64,000 nt of DNA from an uncultured Alphaproteobacteria bacterium (lineage in GTDB: Bacteria > Electryoneota > RPQS01), in assembly GCA_964444755.1 (NCBI GenBank), contig CAYUIF010000006.1, forward strand, positions 30,735 to 94,734, given 5' to 3'. Position numbers and translations under genes: made by a program. The notes below the pieces were generated by a model. It was not told the DNA's origin and ran no database searches. It saw only the letters and a list, made by a program, of their open reading frames with translations. Shown piece after piece: positions 19,282-28,419 of this stretch (position 1 is its first letter; each line of letters starts with the position of its first letter).

Positions 19282-19848
19282 ATGAGCGACGGAAAATTCT
19301 ATTCCTCCAAGGAGGTCTGCGAACAGCTACAGATCTCTAAGTCCACCCTCTTCAAATGGGAGCGGGAGGGGCTCATCACGAAAGTCCGGCGTGACTGGCG
19401 CGGGTGGCGGCTCTACGATTCCCGCAATCTTGAAGAAATCAAGCAAAACATTGAGAAACAGAAGCTTAATGAGGGCGGCCCGCGCGCACGAACCGTGTTG
19501 GTGGTAGATGATGACACCATGATTTTACAGGTCATGGCAGACTTGCTGCAAGCCGCAGGCTATGAAGTTTTGACCGCCACAACTGGCGAAGAAGCCGTGA
19601 AGATTCATACGGAGCGCGCACCGGGGTTGACATTTTTAGATGTGAAATTGCGCGGGAAGAGCGGAATTGATGTCTTCCGGGAGATCCGTTTGGTTGATCC
19701 GCAGGCTACCGTAGTCATTTTAACCGGGTACCCGAAGATTGAGGATACAGTTCAGGTAATTAAAGAAGGGGCCTACAATTACCTGACGAAACCGATTAAA
19801 ACGGAAGAATTACTGGCAATGGTAGATGAGGTTCTTGGACCGTCATAA
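19282..19848 (+). CDS. response regulator with N-terminal MerR/excisionase-type HTH and C-terminal receiver domain
   Basis: The N-terminus YSSKEVCEQLQISKSTLFKWEREGLI...WRLYDSRNLEEI resembles MerR-superfamily HTH_17. The C-terminal REC domain has the acidic pocket DDD, the phospho-acceptor Asp in FLDVKL, T in ILTGY and K in TKP. Confidence 0.7.
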   Translation: MSDGKFYSSKEVCEQLQISKSTLFKWEREGLITKVRRDWRGWRLYDSRNLEEIKQNIEKQKLNEGGPRARTVLVVDDDTMILQVMADLLQAAGYEVLTATTGEEAVKIHTERAPGLTFLDVKLRGKSGIDVFREIRLVDPQATVVILTGYPKIEDTVQVIKEGAYNYLTKPIKTEELLAMVDEVLGPS

Positions 19849-19878
19849 GTTTGAACCTCAGTCGGTTTGATATTGTGA

Positions 19879-19905
19879 ACGCCCTGAAGCTGCGCTTCGG
19901 GGCGT
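19879..19905 (+). terminator. possible weak terminator hairpin after regulator gene
   Basis: Imperfect inverted repeat ACGCCCTGAAGC-TGC-GCTTCGGGGCGT with one bulge. The downstream T-tract is poor (ATCTGCTTGC). Confidence 0.3.
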
Positions 19906-20057
19906 ATCTGCTTGCATCCCAACCCACAGATTTGTACACTTGGGAACTAATCCCTTTGGGGCGGCTTTCAACTTATAGATAAACTTATCTCTGGAAAAAG
20001 GTTCTAACGGATATACTACGCGAGCATCAGTGCGGGTTCAAGGGTCTTGAGGTTTTC

Positions 20058-23000
20058 ATGAAACGATATGCAACGACATTTCTGATACTGGTTGTTCTGG
20101 CCGCTCAAGCTTTCGGTCAGGGATTCGGCAAGAACAAAGTTCAGTACGAGCACTTCCAATGGAGATACATCCAGTCGGAGCATTTCGACGTTTATTTTGA
20201 TGAGGGTTCGGACCGGATTGCCGAGTTTACTGCTGAGACCGCCGAACGCGCATTAAAACTGATCGAAGATGATTGGAACTGGGAACTCGACGGGCGCGTG
20301 ATGATCATCACCTATCGCTCGCATAATAGTTTCCAACAAACCAATGTCTCATTTCAAATGCCCGAGGAATCCGTGGGAGGATTCACGGAATTTCTTAAGA
20401 ACCGAGTCGTGATCCCGTTCACCGGCAACTATGAAGCCTTCCGGCATGTGATTCACCACGAAGTGACCCATGCGATTAATCTGCGGATGTTTTATGGATC
20501 GGGCTTTCAATCCATTCTGATCGGAGCTTCCACTTCCAATATACCCTTGTGGTTTACGGAAGGTTTGGCGGAATATGAATCGCGCGGGGGCTGGGATGTG
20601 GAAGCCGATATGTTCATGCGCGACGCCACAATTTCAGGCTATTTGCCACCGATGGAATATCTCGGCGGCTACTTTGCTTATAAGGGCGGACAGTCGGTCT
20701 TCTACTATTTGAATCGCAAGTATGGAGCGGAGAAAGTCGGCGAGTTCGTCAATAAGGTGAAGAATACACGTGATGTGGAGCGAGCGGTTCAGAGTACGAT
20801 CGGGATGGACATGGAGGAATTCAATCGGCAATGGCAGAACTGGCTTCGTCAAATCTATTGGCCGACGGTCAGCGATCTGAAACCGCCGACCGACTTTGCC
20901 GAACAAATAACCGATCACCGGAAATGGGAGAATTTCGTCAATAACGGTTCGGCCATTTCACCGGATGGAATGTATATCGCATTCCTTTCGGATCGTTCCG
21001 GCTACTTCGACATCTGGCTGCAAAATCTGGATTCCGGAAAGTTCCGCCGCTTGCTGCGGGGCGAACGAAGCGGTGATTTCGAACAATTGAAGTGGCTGGA
21101 TGCGCGCATATCCTGGTCGCCGGACGGTAAATTCATCACCTTCGCTTCCAAAGCCGGCAGCGGTGATGCCGTCAACATCTTGAACGTACGCAAGCGCAAG
21201 GTCACGCGGCGACTGCATTTCGACGTGGACGGAGTCTTCAATCCGGTATGGTCACCGGACGGCACAAAGATCGCGTTTGTCGCGATGAAAAGCGGGAAAT
21301 CGGACATCTACTATTACGATTTGGAAAACGAACAGACGGTCTTGCTGACGAATGATATTTTCTCCGATGATGATCCGACGTGGTCGCCGGATTCCAAGAG
21401 TATCGCGTTTGTATCGGATCGCAACGATTCGGTGCGGGTCAGCGGTTACGATCCGGATCTGCAAATCTGGGACTTGGATTATCGGCAATCGGACATTTAC
21501 ACCATCACCTTGGGTTCGGATTACGCCGAACGGCTCACCTACAGTCCGACCAACGAAAAATCGCCGACCTATACTCCCGACGAACAATACTTGATCTATG
21601 TTTCGGACGACAACGGCATTCCCAACCTTTATCGGTATGGTTTAGAGTCCCATCAGATCGAAGCATTCACCAACTGTCTGACCGGGTGTTTGCAGCCCAG
21701 CTATTCACTTAAAACTCAGCGGCTGGCATTTACATCGCTCTACAACGGCGGTTACGATGTGTTCTTGATAAAGAATGCGGAATCACTGCCCGCTCTCACA
21801 TTAGAACCGACGAACTACCGCCGTCACGGTTCACCCGAGCCGTTACAGCCCGTTCCGGAAGCACCACCGGTTCAAGCGGAATCCGTGGAGATTCGAGACA
21901 ATCGGCGACCGTATTCGAACTACATTTTTGCGCAATCCGGCGGAGTAGACGAAGACGTCCGCGACCGTGCGCTGAGCGATACGGTAACCACGCGCGAACC
22001 GGACGGCGGTTTCTTCAGCAAGAAATATCGCGTTCGCTTCACGCCGGACTACGTGTACGCAACGGCCGCCTATAGTTCGTTCTTCGGAGCACAGGGAACC
22101 GGTCAGATCATGTTTTCCGACGTGCTGGGGAACCAGTTGATCTTCGTGAATACGGACTTATATTACGATTTCAACAACCTCGACAACACGAACTTCTCGG
22201 CTCAATATTTCTATTTGCCACGGCGTATCAACTACGGTTTCGGGTTGTTCCGCTATGTTTATTATCTGGACGGCGGAAACTTGCGCGATCAAACCATGCA
22301 GCTTGAACTGGATATGTCCTATCCGTTCAACAAGTACAACCGTACGGAATTAATCGTTGGCGGATATGCGATTGATCGCTCCGAATGGTATGACTATCCG
22401 GTCAACGAATACCGGGGAATGTCGCGGCGACGCGTGCTTTTGCCGGAGTTGGCGTACATTCACGATACGATTCTATGGGGAAGCACCGGACCCGTGAACG
22501 GCTCGCGTTACCGTTTGTCCTATGCCTACAGCCCGATCTTGGGAGAAAACGGGGAAGTCAACAAGCCTTATGCGGAGTTCTACACCGTTAAAGGCGACAT
22601 GCGCGCCTATTATCGCCTGGGGAAGGATTATTCATGGGCACCGCGCCTGGCGGTCGGTATGTCGGGCGGTCCGATGCCGCAGCGCTTCTTCCTGGGCGGT
22701 GTGAGCAATTGGATCAACCGCCGCTACGAGAACAACGAAATCGCCGATAAGATTGACGATTTTTATTTCTCCAGTTTCGTAACACCATTTCGCGGCGGCG
22801 ACTATTTCGAACAACGCGGAACGGGCGACCGTTTCTTTCTGGTCAATCAGGAATTCCGGTTTCCGGTCGTTGACTTCATAAAGATGCGTTGGCCGCTGCC
22901 GATGACGCTGTACGATATACGGGGCGCGTTGTTTACGGATGTCGGCGCGGCGTGGTTTGACGACCGATTCAAGCTCACCGCAGAAGACGAGAACGGCAAA

Positions 23001-23150
23001 CGACGGCTGGCGGATCTGCAAACCGCCTATGGTTTCGGAATGCGAACGTGGCTCGGTTTCTTCGTGCTAAAATGGGATATTGCCTGGGGAACCGACGGTG
23101 TTACTACGACGAAGCCGCGCTACTTCTTTTCCATCGGATCGGAATACTAA
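20058..23150 (+). CDS. outer-membrane multidomain protein: N-terminal HExxH (MA-peptidase-like) domain, TolB-like PD40 beta-propeller, C-terminal Omp85/surface-antigen-like beta-barrel
   Basis: Signal peptide MKRYATTFLILVVLAAQAFG. HEVTH metal-binding motif sits in VIHHEVTHAINL. Repeated WSPDG/SPD motifs mark the propeller. The C-terminal ~400 aa is rich in alternating aromatic/hydrophobic strands and ends FFSIGSEY, with a terminal aromatic as in OM beta-barrels and the BamA/TamA family. Confidence 0.5.
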   Translation: MKRYATTFLILVVLAAQAFGQGFGKNKVQYEHFQWRYIQSEHFDVYFDEGSDRIAEFTAETAERALKLIEDDWNWELDGRVMIITYRSHNSFQQTNVSFQMPEESVGGFTEFLKNRVVIPFTGNYEAFRHVIHHEVTHAINLRMFYGSGFQSILIGASTSNIPLWFTEGLAEYESRGGWDVEADMFMRDATISGYLPPMEYLGGYFAYKGGQSVFYYLNRKYGAEKVGEFVNKVKNTRDVERAVQSTIGMDMEEFNRQWQNWLRQIYWPTVSDLKPPTDFAEQITDHRKWENFVNNGSAISPDGMYIAFLSDRSGYFDIWLQNLDSGKFRRLLRGERSGDFEQLKWLDARISWSPDGKFITFASKAGSGDAVNILNVRKRKVTRRLHFDVDGVFNPVWSPDGTKIAFVAMKSGKSDIYYYDLENEQTVLLTNDIFSDDDPTWSPDSKSIAFVSDRNDSVRVSGYDPDLQIWDLDYRQSDIYTITLGSDYAERLTYSPTNEKSPTYTPDEQYLIYVSDDNGIPNLYRYGLESHQIEAFTNCLTGCLQPSYSLKTQRLAFTSLYNGGYDVFLIKNAESLPALTLEPTNYRRHGSPEPLQPVPEAPPVQAESVEIRDNRRPYSNYIFAQSGGVDEDVRDRALSDTVTTREPDGGFFSKKYRVRFTPDYVYATAAYSSFFGAQGTGQIMFSDVLGNQLIFVNTDLYYDFNNLDNTNFSAQYFYLPRRINYGFGLFRYVYYLDGGNLRDQTMQLELDMSYPFNKYNRTELIVGGYAIDRSEWYDYPVNEYRGMSRRRVLLPELAYIHDTILWGSTGPVNGSRYRLSYAYSPILGENGEVNKPYAEFYTVKGDMRAYYRLGKDYSWAPRLAVGMSGGPMPQRFFLGGVSNWINRRYENNEIADKIDDFYFSSFVTPFRGGDYFEQRGTGDRFFLVNQEFRFPVVDFIKMRWPLPMTLYDIRGALFTDVGAAWFDDRFKLTAEDENGKRRLADLQTAYGFGMRTWLGFFVLKWDIAWGTDGVTTTKPRYFFSIGSEY

Positions 23151-23168
23151 GCACCTTTTATTTACCTT

Positions 23169-23951
23169 ATGCCATCCCCCGCAGTTGTAATCCTGGAGCA
23201 AACCGGCCGGCGAACGCTGGAGTTTCTGGCGGAACTCGGTCAATTCGCGAAACTCACCGGCCGCATTTTTGCCGAAATCAGCGGCGTTGTTCAGGAACGA
23301 TCACTGTTTATTCAAGAGTGCATGACTTTAGGTGTCGGCAGTCTGCCGCTGGTGTTAATTGTCGGAGTGTTTACCGGTGCGGTGTCCGGCTGGCAGGGAC
23401 ACTACCAATTTGAAGGCTATCTGCCTTACGAATTAATCGGACCGGGTACGTTCAAGGGAGTTATGCTGGAACTGGGACCGGTCTTGACCGCACTGGTCAT
23501 TGCAGGACGGGTTTCCGCCTCGATTGCCGCCGAAATCGGAACCATGAAAGTCACGGAACAGATTGACGCGCTGGAAGCGATGGCAATTTCCAGCGTACGC
23601 TATCTGGCGGTGCCCCGCGTCGCGGCGATGACTGTGATGATGCCAGTACTCACCGCTCAAGCCGTATTTATTGCGATGATGGGTGCGGCTTTCGTATGCA
23701 CCGTTTTCTTGGGAATGACCGCTAATCAGTTTTGGGGATTGATTCCGGCGTTCTTTAAGACCTACGACGTATTTGCCGGATTGTTCAAATCGCTTTTCTT
23801 CGGATTTTCATCCGCGCTGGTGGGCTGTTACATCGGTTTCCGTACGGAAGGCGGCGCGGAAGGCGTAGGCTTCGCGACCATCACCGCCTTCGTTTGGAGT
23901 TGTCTGATGATTCTGGCGATTGACTTCTTGTTGGCACTAATTCTCTTTTAG
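23169..23951 (+). CDS. mlaE: ABC transporter permease MlaE/YrbE family
   Basis: LGPVLTALVIAGRVSASIAAEIGTMKVTEQIDALEAMAISSVRYLAVPRV matches the MlaE signature (LAGRVGASITAEIGxMKxTEQ). Five TM segments. It starts 18 nt downstream of the barrel-protein gene. Confidence 0.85.
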   Translation: MPSPAVVILEQTGRRTLEFLAELGQFAKLTGRIFAEISGVVQERSLFIQECMTLGVGSLPLVLIVGVFTGAVSGWQGHYQFEGYLPYELIGPGTFKGVMLELGPVLTALVIAGRVSASIAAEIGTMKVTEQIDALEAMAISSVRYLAVPRVAAMTVMMPVLTAQAVFIAMMGAAFVCTVFLGMTANQFWGLIPAFFKTYDVFAGLFKSLFFGFSSALVGCYIGFRTEGGAEGVGFATITAFVWSCLMILAIDFLLALILF

Positions 23952-23964
23952 TTTCCAGTATTCC

Positions 23965-24720
23965 ATGATTGAAATACGCGACCTCCACCGCGATTTCGGC
24001 GAAAAGAAAGTCCTGCGCGGTGTCAACATGACGATTGAAACCGGTGAATCGATAACGATTATCGGTCAGTCCGGCTGCGGAAAATCGGTTTTGTTGAAAC
24101 ATCTGGTAGGACTACTGGTTCCCGACCGCGGATTCGTGATCATTGACGGCGAAAACATCACGATCGCAAACCGCAAACAGATTTATGAAATCCGCAAGAA
24201 ATTCGGCGTATTGTTTCAGGGAGCGGCGCTGTTCGACTCGATGACCGTAGAAGAGAATGTGGCGTTGGGATTGCGGCAGCACACGACGATGACCGAACCC
24301 CAGATCGAGCAGCGCGTCAAAGAATGCTTGACGATGGTCAGTATGGACGGCACGCAAAAGCAAAAACCCGCCGAGCTATCGGGCGGGATGAAAAAACGCG
24401 TCGGGCTGGCGCGAGCGATTGCCATGCAGCCGTCATATATTCTTTATGACGAACCGACGACCGGACTAGATCCGATTACCGCCGATTCCATCAACGATCT
24501 GATCATCCACCTCAACGAGGCATTAAGCGTTACCACGATCGTCGTGACTCATGATATGGTATCGGCTTACAAGATTTCGGATCGGATTATCATGCTGCAT
24601 CAAGGTCAGGTCGTGCATTCCGGCACACCGGACGAAACCAAGAATGCCAAGCTGGATATCGTGCGGCGGTTCGTTACCGGCGAGGCCGATGAACAACCCT
24701 ATGTGATCACCAGTTATTAG
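23965..24720 (+). CDS. mlaF: ABC transporter ATP-binding protein MlaF family
   Basis: Walker A GQSGCGKS, ABC signature LSGGMKKRVGLARA, Walker B ILYDEPTTGLD, over 251 aa. Confidence 0.85.
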   Translation: MIEIRDLHRDFGEKKVLRGVNMTIETGESITIIGQSGCGKSVLLKHLVGLLVPDRGFVIIDGENITIANRKQIYEIRKKFGVLFQGAALFDSMTVEENVALGLRQHTTMTEPQIEQRVKECLTMVSMDGTQKQKPAELSGGMKKRVGLARAIAMQPSYILYDEPTTGLDPITADSINDLIIHLNEALSVTTIVVTHDMVSAYKISDRIIMLHQGQVVHSGTPDETKNAKLDIVRRFVTGEADEQPYVITSY

Positions 24721-24737
24721 TTATCTGATGATCTGAA

Positions 24738-24770
24738 GAAAGCCCCACCAAAGGTGGGGCTTTCTTTATA
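24738..24770. terminator. bidirectional Rho-independent terminator between convergent mlaF and lipoprotein gene
   Basis: Perfect 12-bp stem GAAAGCCCCACC / GGTGGGGCTTTC with an AAA loop, followed by TTTATA. An A-run on the opposite side lets it serve both strands. Confidence 0.8.
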
Positions 24771-24791
24771 GCGCGAATCTGCATCGTCTAT

Positions 24792-25748
24792 TCACCTTGT
24801 GAGAACAATCAATCCGGTGGAATCCTGTGCCAGAATACGATTGGCATTGACCGGCGCGGGTTGAGTACCTGTTTCGGAAATTCGGGTGGGTGTTCCACCC
24901 AACGAACAGGTATACAAACCGTCCAGTAGATCTCCGGTTATTCCCACAAATACGAAATCTTGTTCATCACCCAATCCCGCCGGATAACCGCCGATACTGA
25001 CGAATTGCAGCGGCATTCCGCCCGTTGCGGAAATCGTATTGATGAATTGAGTGATTCCCGAATCGGATTCCGCTACCAAATATTGGGAATCTCCCAGCCA
25101 TGAATACTGAATAACCGGTCCGCCCAGCGTATCACGATGCGACGAGACTCGGTCGAGCACGACAATGGACTTTCCCCAAATCGTACCCTGAATCAAGTAC
25201 GAAATTTTCAGTCCGTTGGGCGATATTTCCGGTGAGGAACCGGCATCGGTTAGTCGCGTCCAAACTTGCTGCGTGAGGTTATAGTGCCAGATACCTTCCG
25301 AATCACTGCCGTCTTCGGGACCAGAGCAAATCAAGCCCTCGTTGCCGGGCAGATAACGGGGATGCGAACCGCGATCCCATATCTTGTGCAATTGAGTCGG
25401 TGCGGAGATATCCGCAGTATAGATGCCCGTTTCTCCCTGACCGGGCTCACCGGGGCTGGAAAAAGCAAAGTGCAGACCATCCAATGACCACCCATAATCC
25501 ACGCGAACCGCCGGGCCGGATGGATTAACGTGAGTGGCCACACCGTTCCGCAGCAGATACAATCCGGCGGGGCTTTCTTCCTGCACAAATAGAACAGCAT
25601 CGGAAATCGGCGCGGGAATGGGTTTTGAGCCACGCGGCCACAGATGTTCCATCCTCCAATATGGCTGCTCAGTTCCACCATTATCATCCTTGCACCCCGC
25701 AAAAAGTGCAAGGGTGAATAATAATACGAGCAAAATCCACTTATTCAT
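24792..25748 (-). CDS. lipoprotein with TolB-like beta-propeller, function unknown
   Basis: The likely start is the internal Met giving MNKWILLVLLFTLALFAGC, with a lipobox Cys. PD40-like WSLDG/SPNG repeats follow. The ORF-track version extends 9 codons further upstream to 25775. Confidence 0.5.
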   Translation of the reverse strand: MNKWILLVLLFTLALFAGCKDDNGGTEQPYWRMEHLWPRGSKPIPAPISDAVLFVQEESPAGLYLLRNGVATHVNPSGPAVRVDYGWSLDGLHFAFSSPGEPGQGETGIYTADISAPTQLHKIWDRGSHPRYLPGNEGLICSGPEDGSDSEGIWHYNLTQQVWTRLTDAGSSPEISPNGLKISYLIQGTIWGKSIVVLDRVSSHRDTLGGPVIQYSWLGDSQYLVAESDSGITQFINTISATGGMPLQFVSIGGYPAGLGDEQDFVFVGITGDLLDGLYTCSLGGTPTRISETGTQPAPVNANRILAQDSTGLIVLTR

Positions 25749-26976
25749 ATCGAAGAGCCTCGATTGGACTGACACGGGCGGCGCGAAACGCCGGATACGT
25801 GCCCGACATGAGCGTTACCAAACCAATCAACGTAACGGAAACAATCATCGTTTCCACGGACAAGACAGGAGCCGCAAAGCCTTGCGGCAATTGAACATTC
25901 TGGAGAATCCGAATCAAACCCCAGCCTAACAGCAATCCGGCGCCCCCGGCGATGATAGAGATCGCCAAGCACTCCAAAAAGAATTGCTTAACGATATTCC
26001 AGCGAGTGGCGCCGACCGTGCGACGAATGCCCACCTCGCGAGTCCGTTCCACCACCGACACCAACATGATATTCATTACGCCTAATCCGCCGATCATCAA
26101 GGTGATGCCGCCGATGGCCAGCATCAGTGCATTCAAGGCATCGAAGGTCCGGTTCGTGGATTGGGCGTTCTTGACCGTATCCCAGAGATTGACGGCTTCC
26201 TCATCGGAGGGATCGAAATGATGGACTTTCCCTAAAATGGTTTTAAACTCACGAACCGCCAGATCGTGATCTTCGAGCTTGTAGGGCGAGAAGACGAAAT
26301 TGCTGAACCAGCGGCGATCCATCATCGCCAGATGGGTCGTCCACGGGATAAAGACCAGCTCGTTATCGGGACCGGAACCGTAATACCAATCTTGTTCCTT
26401 ATCCGACCGCCAGCCGATAATCATGAATTCCCGTCCGCCGACCAATATCGTCTGATGCAACGGATCCGCCGCTTCACCGAAAACCTTCTTCCTGACCATA
26501 TCTCCAATCACACACACGCGGCGCAGTTCATCACAGTCGCGCTGAGAAATCCAGCGGCCGTGATCGGGCGTGCAATTGCGCATGTAGGCATATTCGGTCC
26601 CGATTCCAGCGACACGCGTCGTAAACATGCGCGATCCGTGTTTGACATCCGTATTCCAACTGGAAATTTCCGGACTGAAGCGGAAGAACTGCGCCTTGGC
26701 TTGCAAAGCGGTGACGGAATTTTCGTTCCAGAACACCCGCTCCCCCCGACGTTGCGTTCCCACGGCAATAGTGCGGCGTCCCCCCCAAGCCATGACCACA
26801 TCTTTACCGATGGCTTTGAGATTTTTTACTTGTTCGACTTTAAAACCGCTGGCGATGGCGGACAAAAGCATCACGGAAGCAATACCCCAGGTAATGCCGA
26901 ACATGGTCAAGGTACTGCGCAGCTTGTTCGCCCGTAAATTGGAGAACACCTGCCGGATCAGATGCAGTAGTCCCAT
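25741..26976 (-). CDS. ABC transporter permease, FtsX-like/MacB-type (no fused ATPase domain)
   Basis: N-terminal TM helix, large periplasmic domain, and a C-terminal FtsX region IGGITLMIGGLGVMNIMLVSVVERTREVGIRRTVGATRWNI. There is a 2-nt gap to the upstream MFP gene. Confidence 0.75.
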   Translation of the reverse strand: MGLLHLIRQVFSNLRANKLRSTLTMFGITWGIASVMLLSAIASGFKVEQVKNLKAIGKDVVMAWGGRRTIAVGTQRRGERVFWNENSVTALQAKAQFFRFSPEISSWNTDVKHGSRMFTTRVAGIGTEYAYMRNCTPDHGRWISQRDCDELRRVCVIGDMVRKKVFGEAADPLHQTILVGGREFMIIGWRSDKEQDWYYGSGPDNELVFIPWTTHLAMMDRRWFSNFVFSPYKLEDHDLAVREFKTILGKVHHFDPSDEEAVNLWDTVKNAQSTNRTFDALNALMLAIGGITLMIGGLGVMNIMLVSVVERTREVGIRRTVGATRWNIVKQFFLECLAISIIAGGAGLLLGWGLIRILQNVQLPQGFAAPVLSVETMIVSVTLIGLVTLMSGTYPAFRAARVSPIEALRYE

Positions 26977-26978
26977 GA

Positions 26979-28142
26979 TTAGTCCTTGTCCTCTTCAACC
27001 ACGCTGCCTAAACTGACCGTCTCGCCTCCCTCCAAGCCGGTTTCGACTTCCGTTCGAATCCCATCGGAAATACCCACCTCAACGATTCGTTCCTCGGTAG
27101 TACTGCTGGCTGAATCCGTAACGATGTTCACGAAGACGGTATCCCCACGAAAATTGAGCGCCATCTCATCCACGATGGGAACGTCGGTACGCTGATCCAC
27201 GACGACTTTAGCCGTGGCAGTAAGTCCGACCCGCAGAAGCTTGTCGGGATTATCCACGCGTGCCCGCACGCCGAACACCGTTTGCCGCTCCTCCGAATCC
27301 ACTTTCCCGACCGGCGAGATGTGAGTAACGCTTCCTTTGAAAAGCCGTCCGGGATAAGCTTGAACCGTGAGATTCACATCCAGCCCCACCCGCATCTTGC
27401 CGATGTCCGCTTCATCGATATCGCCGCGAAATTCGATCTCGCTATCATCCCCCATCATCATCACTACTGTACCGCCGGAAGCAGAAGTGGTGGGAGTAAC
27501 GCTGGCACCGACATCCACCGCCCGTTCAAAGATGATGCCATTGATGGGTGCAGTTATCGTTGTAGACGAGCGGACGATGTCCAGCCGATCTTGCTCCTGT
27601 CCGGGTTCACCGATACGTTCACGCTGAATTAACGCCCATTCGGCCCGAGCTGCTGAAAGCCGGGCTTGGGCCCGTTCCACGTCGCGGGTGGCATCCAAGA
27701 AATTCTGTTCCGGACCAAGGTGTTTCTCAAAAAGTTCGCGAGAAATCCGGAGGCGATCCTCAGCTTGCTGCAACTCCACTTCGGCAGTCTTCAATTCCTG
27801 TCGTGCCCGAACCTGTTCAGTAGGTGAGGCTTCAGGACTAATCTCCATAAGCTTATGTCCGACCGAAACGGAATCTCCAGCTTCCACGAAAATAGCGCGA
27901 ACCGTACCGCCGGACTTCGACCTGATCTCGATCTGATGGAGCGGATGGATACGCCCAGTTGCCACGACCGTCTGAGCTATATCTCCCCGTTCCACGGTGG
28001 ATAAGCGCAGCTTACCTTTAGTAGAATCACGCTTCGAACAACCAAAAATTAAGATCGAGATAGAAATCATCATCACGGAGATGAGTATCGCTTTCCCGAT
28101 CTTATCAAATTCTCGTCTTGCTTCCGGATTCTTGTTTTTCAC
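26979..28142 (-). CDS. efflux transporter periplasmic adaptor (membrane fusion protein, HlyD/MacA family)
   Basis: N-terminal TM anchor, then a long coiled-coil hairpin (QARLSAARAEWALIQRER...). Lipoyl and beta-barrel segments are typical of RND/MacA-type MFPs. Confidence 0.8.
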   Translation of the reverse strand: MKNKNPEARREFDKIGKAILISVMMISISILIFGCSKRDSTKGKLRLSTVERGDIAQTVVATGRIHPLHQIEIRSKSGGTVRAIFVEAGDSVSVGHKLMEISPEASPTEQVRARQELKTAEVELQQAEDRLRISRELFEKHLGPEQNFLDATRDVERAQARLSAARAEWALIQRERIGEPGQEQDRLDIVRSSTTITAPINGIIFERAVDVGASVTPTTSASGGTVVMMMGDDSEIEFRGDIDEADIGKMRVGLDVNLTVQAYPGRLFKGSVTHISPVGKVDSEERQTVFGVRARVDNPDKLLRVGLTATAKVVVDQRTDVPIVDEMALNFRGDTVFVNIVTDSASSTTEERIVEVGISDGIRTEVETGLEGGETVSLGSVVEEDKD

Positions 28143-28352
28143 GCGATTCCTCCAGTGCTTTCCGGTAGATTTTCAGGTTGATTTTCTCTCTGTATGAGAG
28201 AGAAAATCGGGTGATGTTGCTCACCAAGAGGGAGGACTTTGTCCTCCCCAAATTTGGTAATTCAACTTATATGCGCAGAAGTGTATTGCTATGTAATGAA
28301 CACTCCAAATGTTATGAGTTATCCACCAGCGAGTAACACCGTGAGAAATCGC

Positions 28353-28381
28353 TTGACAAATCGAAGAGTTCCTCCTATCTT
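28353..28381 (+). promoter_or_regulatory. putative sigma70-type promoter of the dcw cluster (Pmra) upstream of mraZ
   Basis: TTGACA (28353..28358), an exactly 17-nt spacer, then TATCTT (28376..28381), about 40 nt upstream of the mraZ start. Downstream TGG-containing pentamers TGGGG, TGGAA and TGGCA at ~10-nt phasing could be MraZ operator repeats. Confidence 0.4.
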
Positions 28382-28419
28382 TGGGGTGAATTCCCTAAGA
28401 TTGGAAGAAAGTGGCATAG

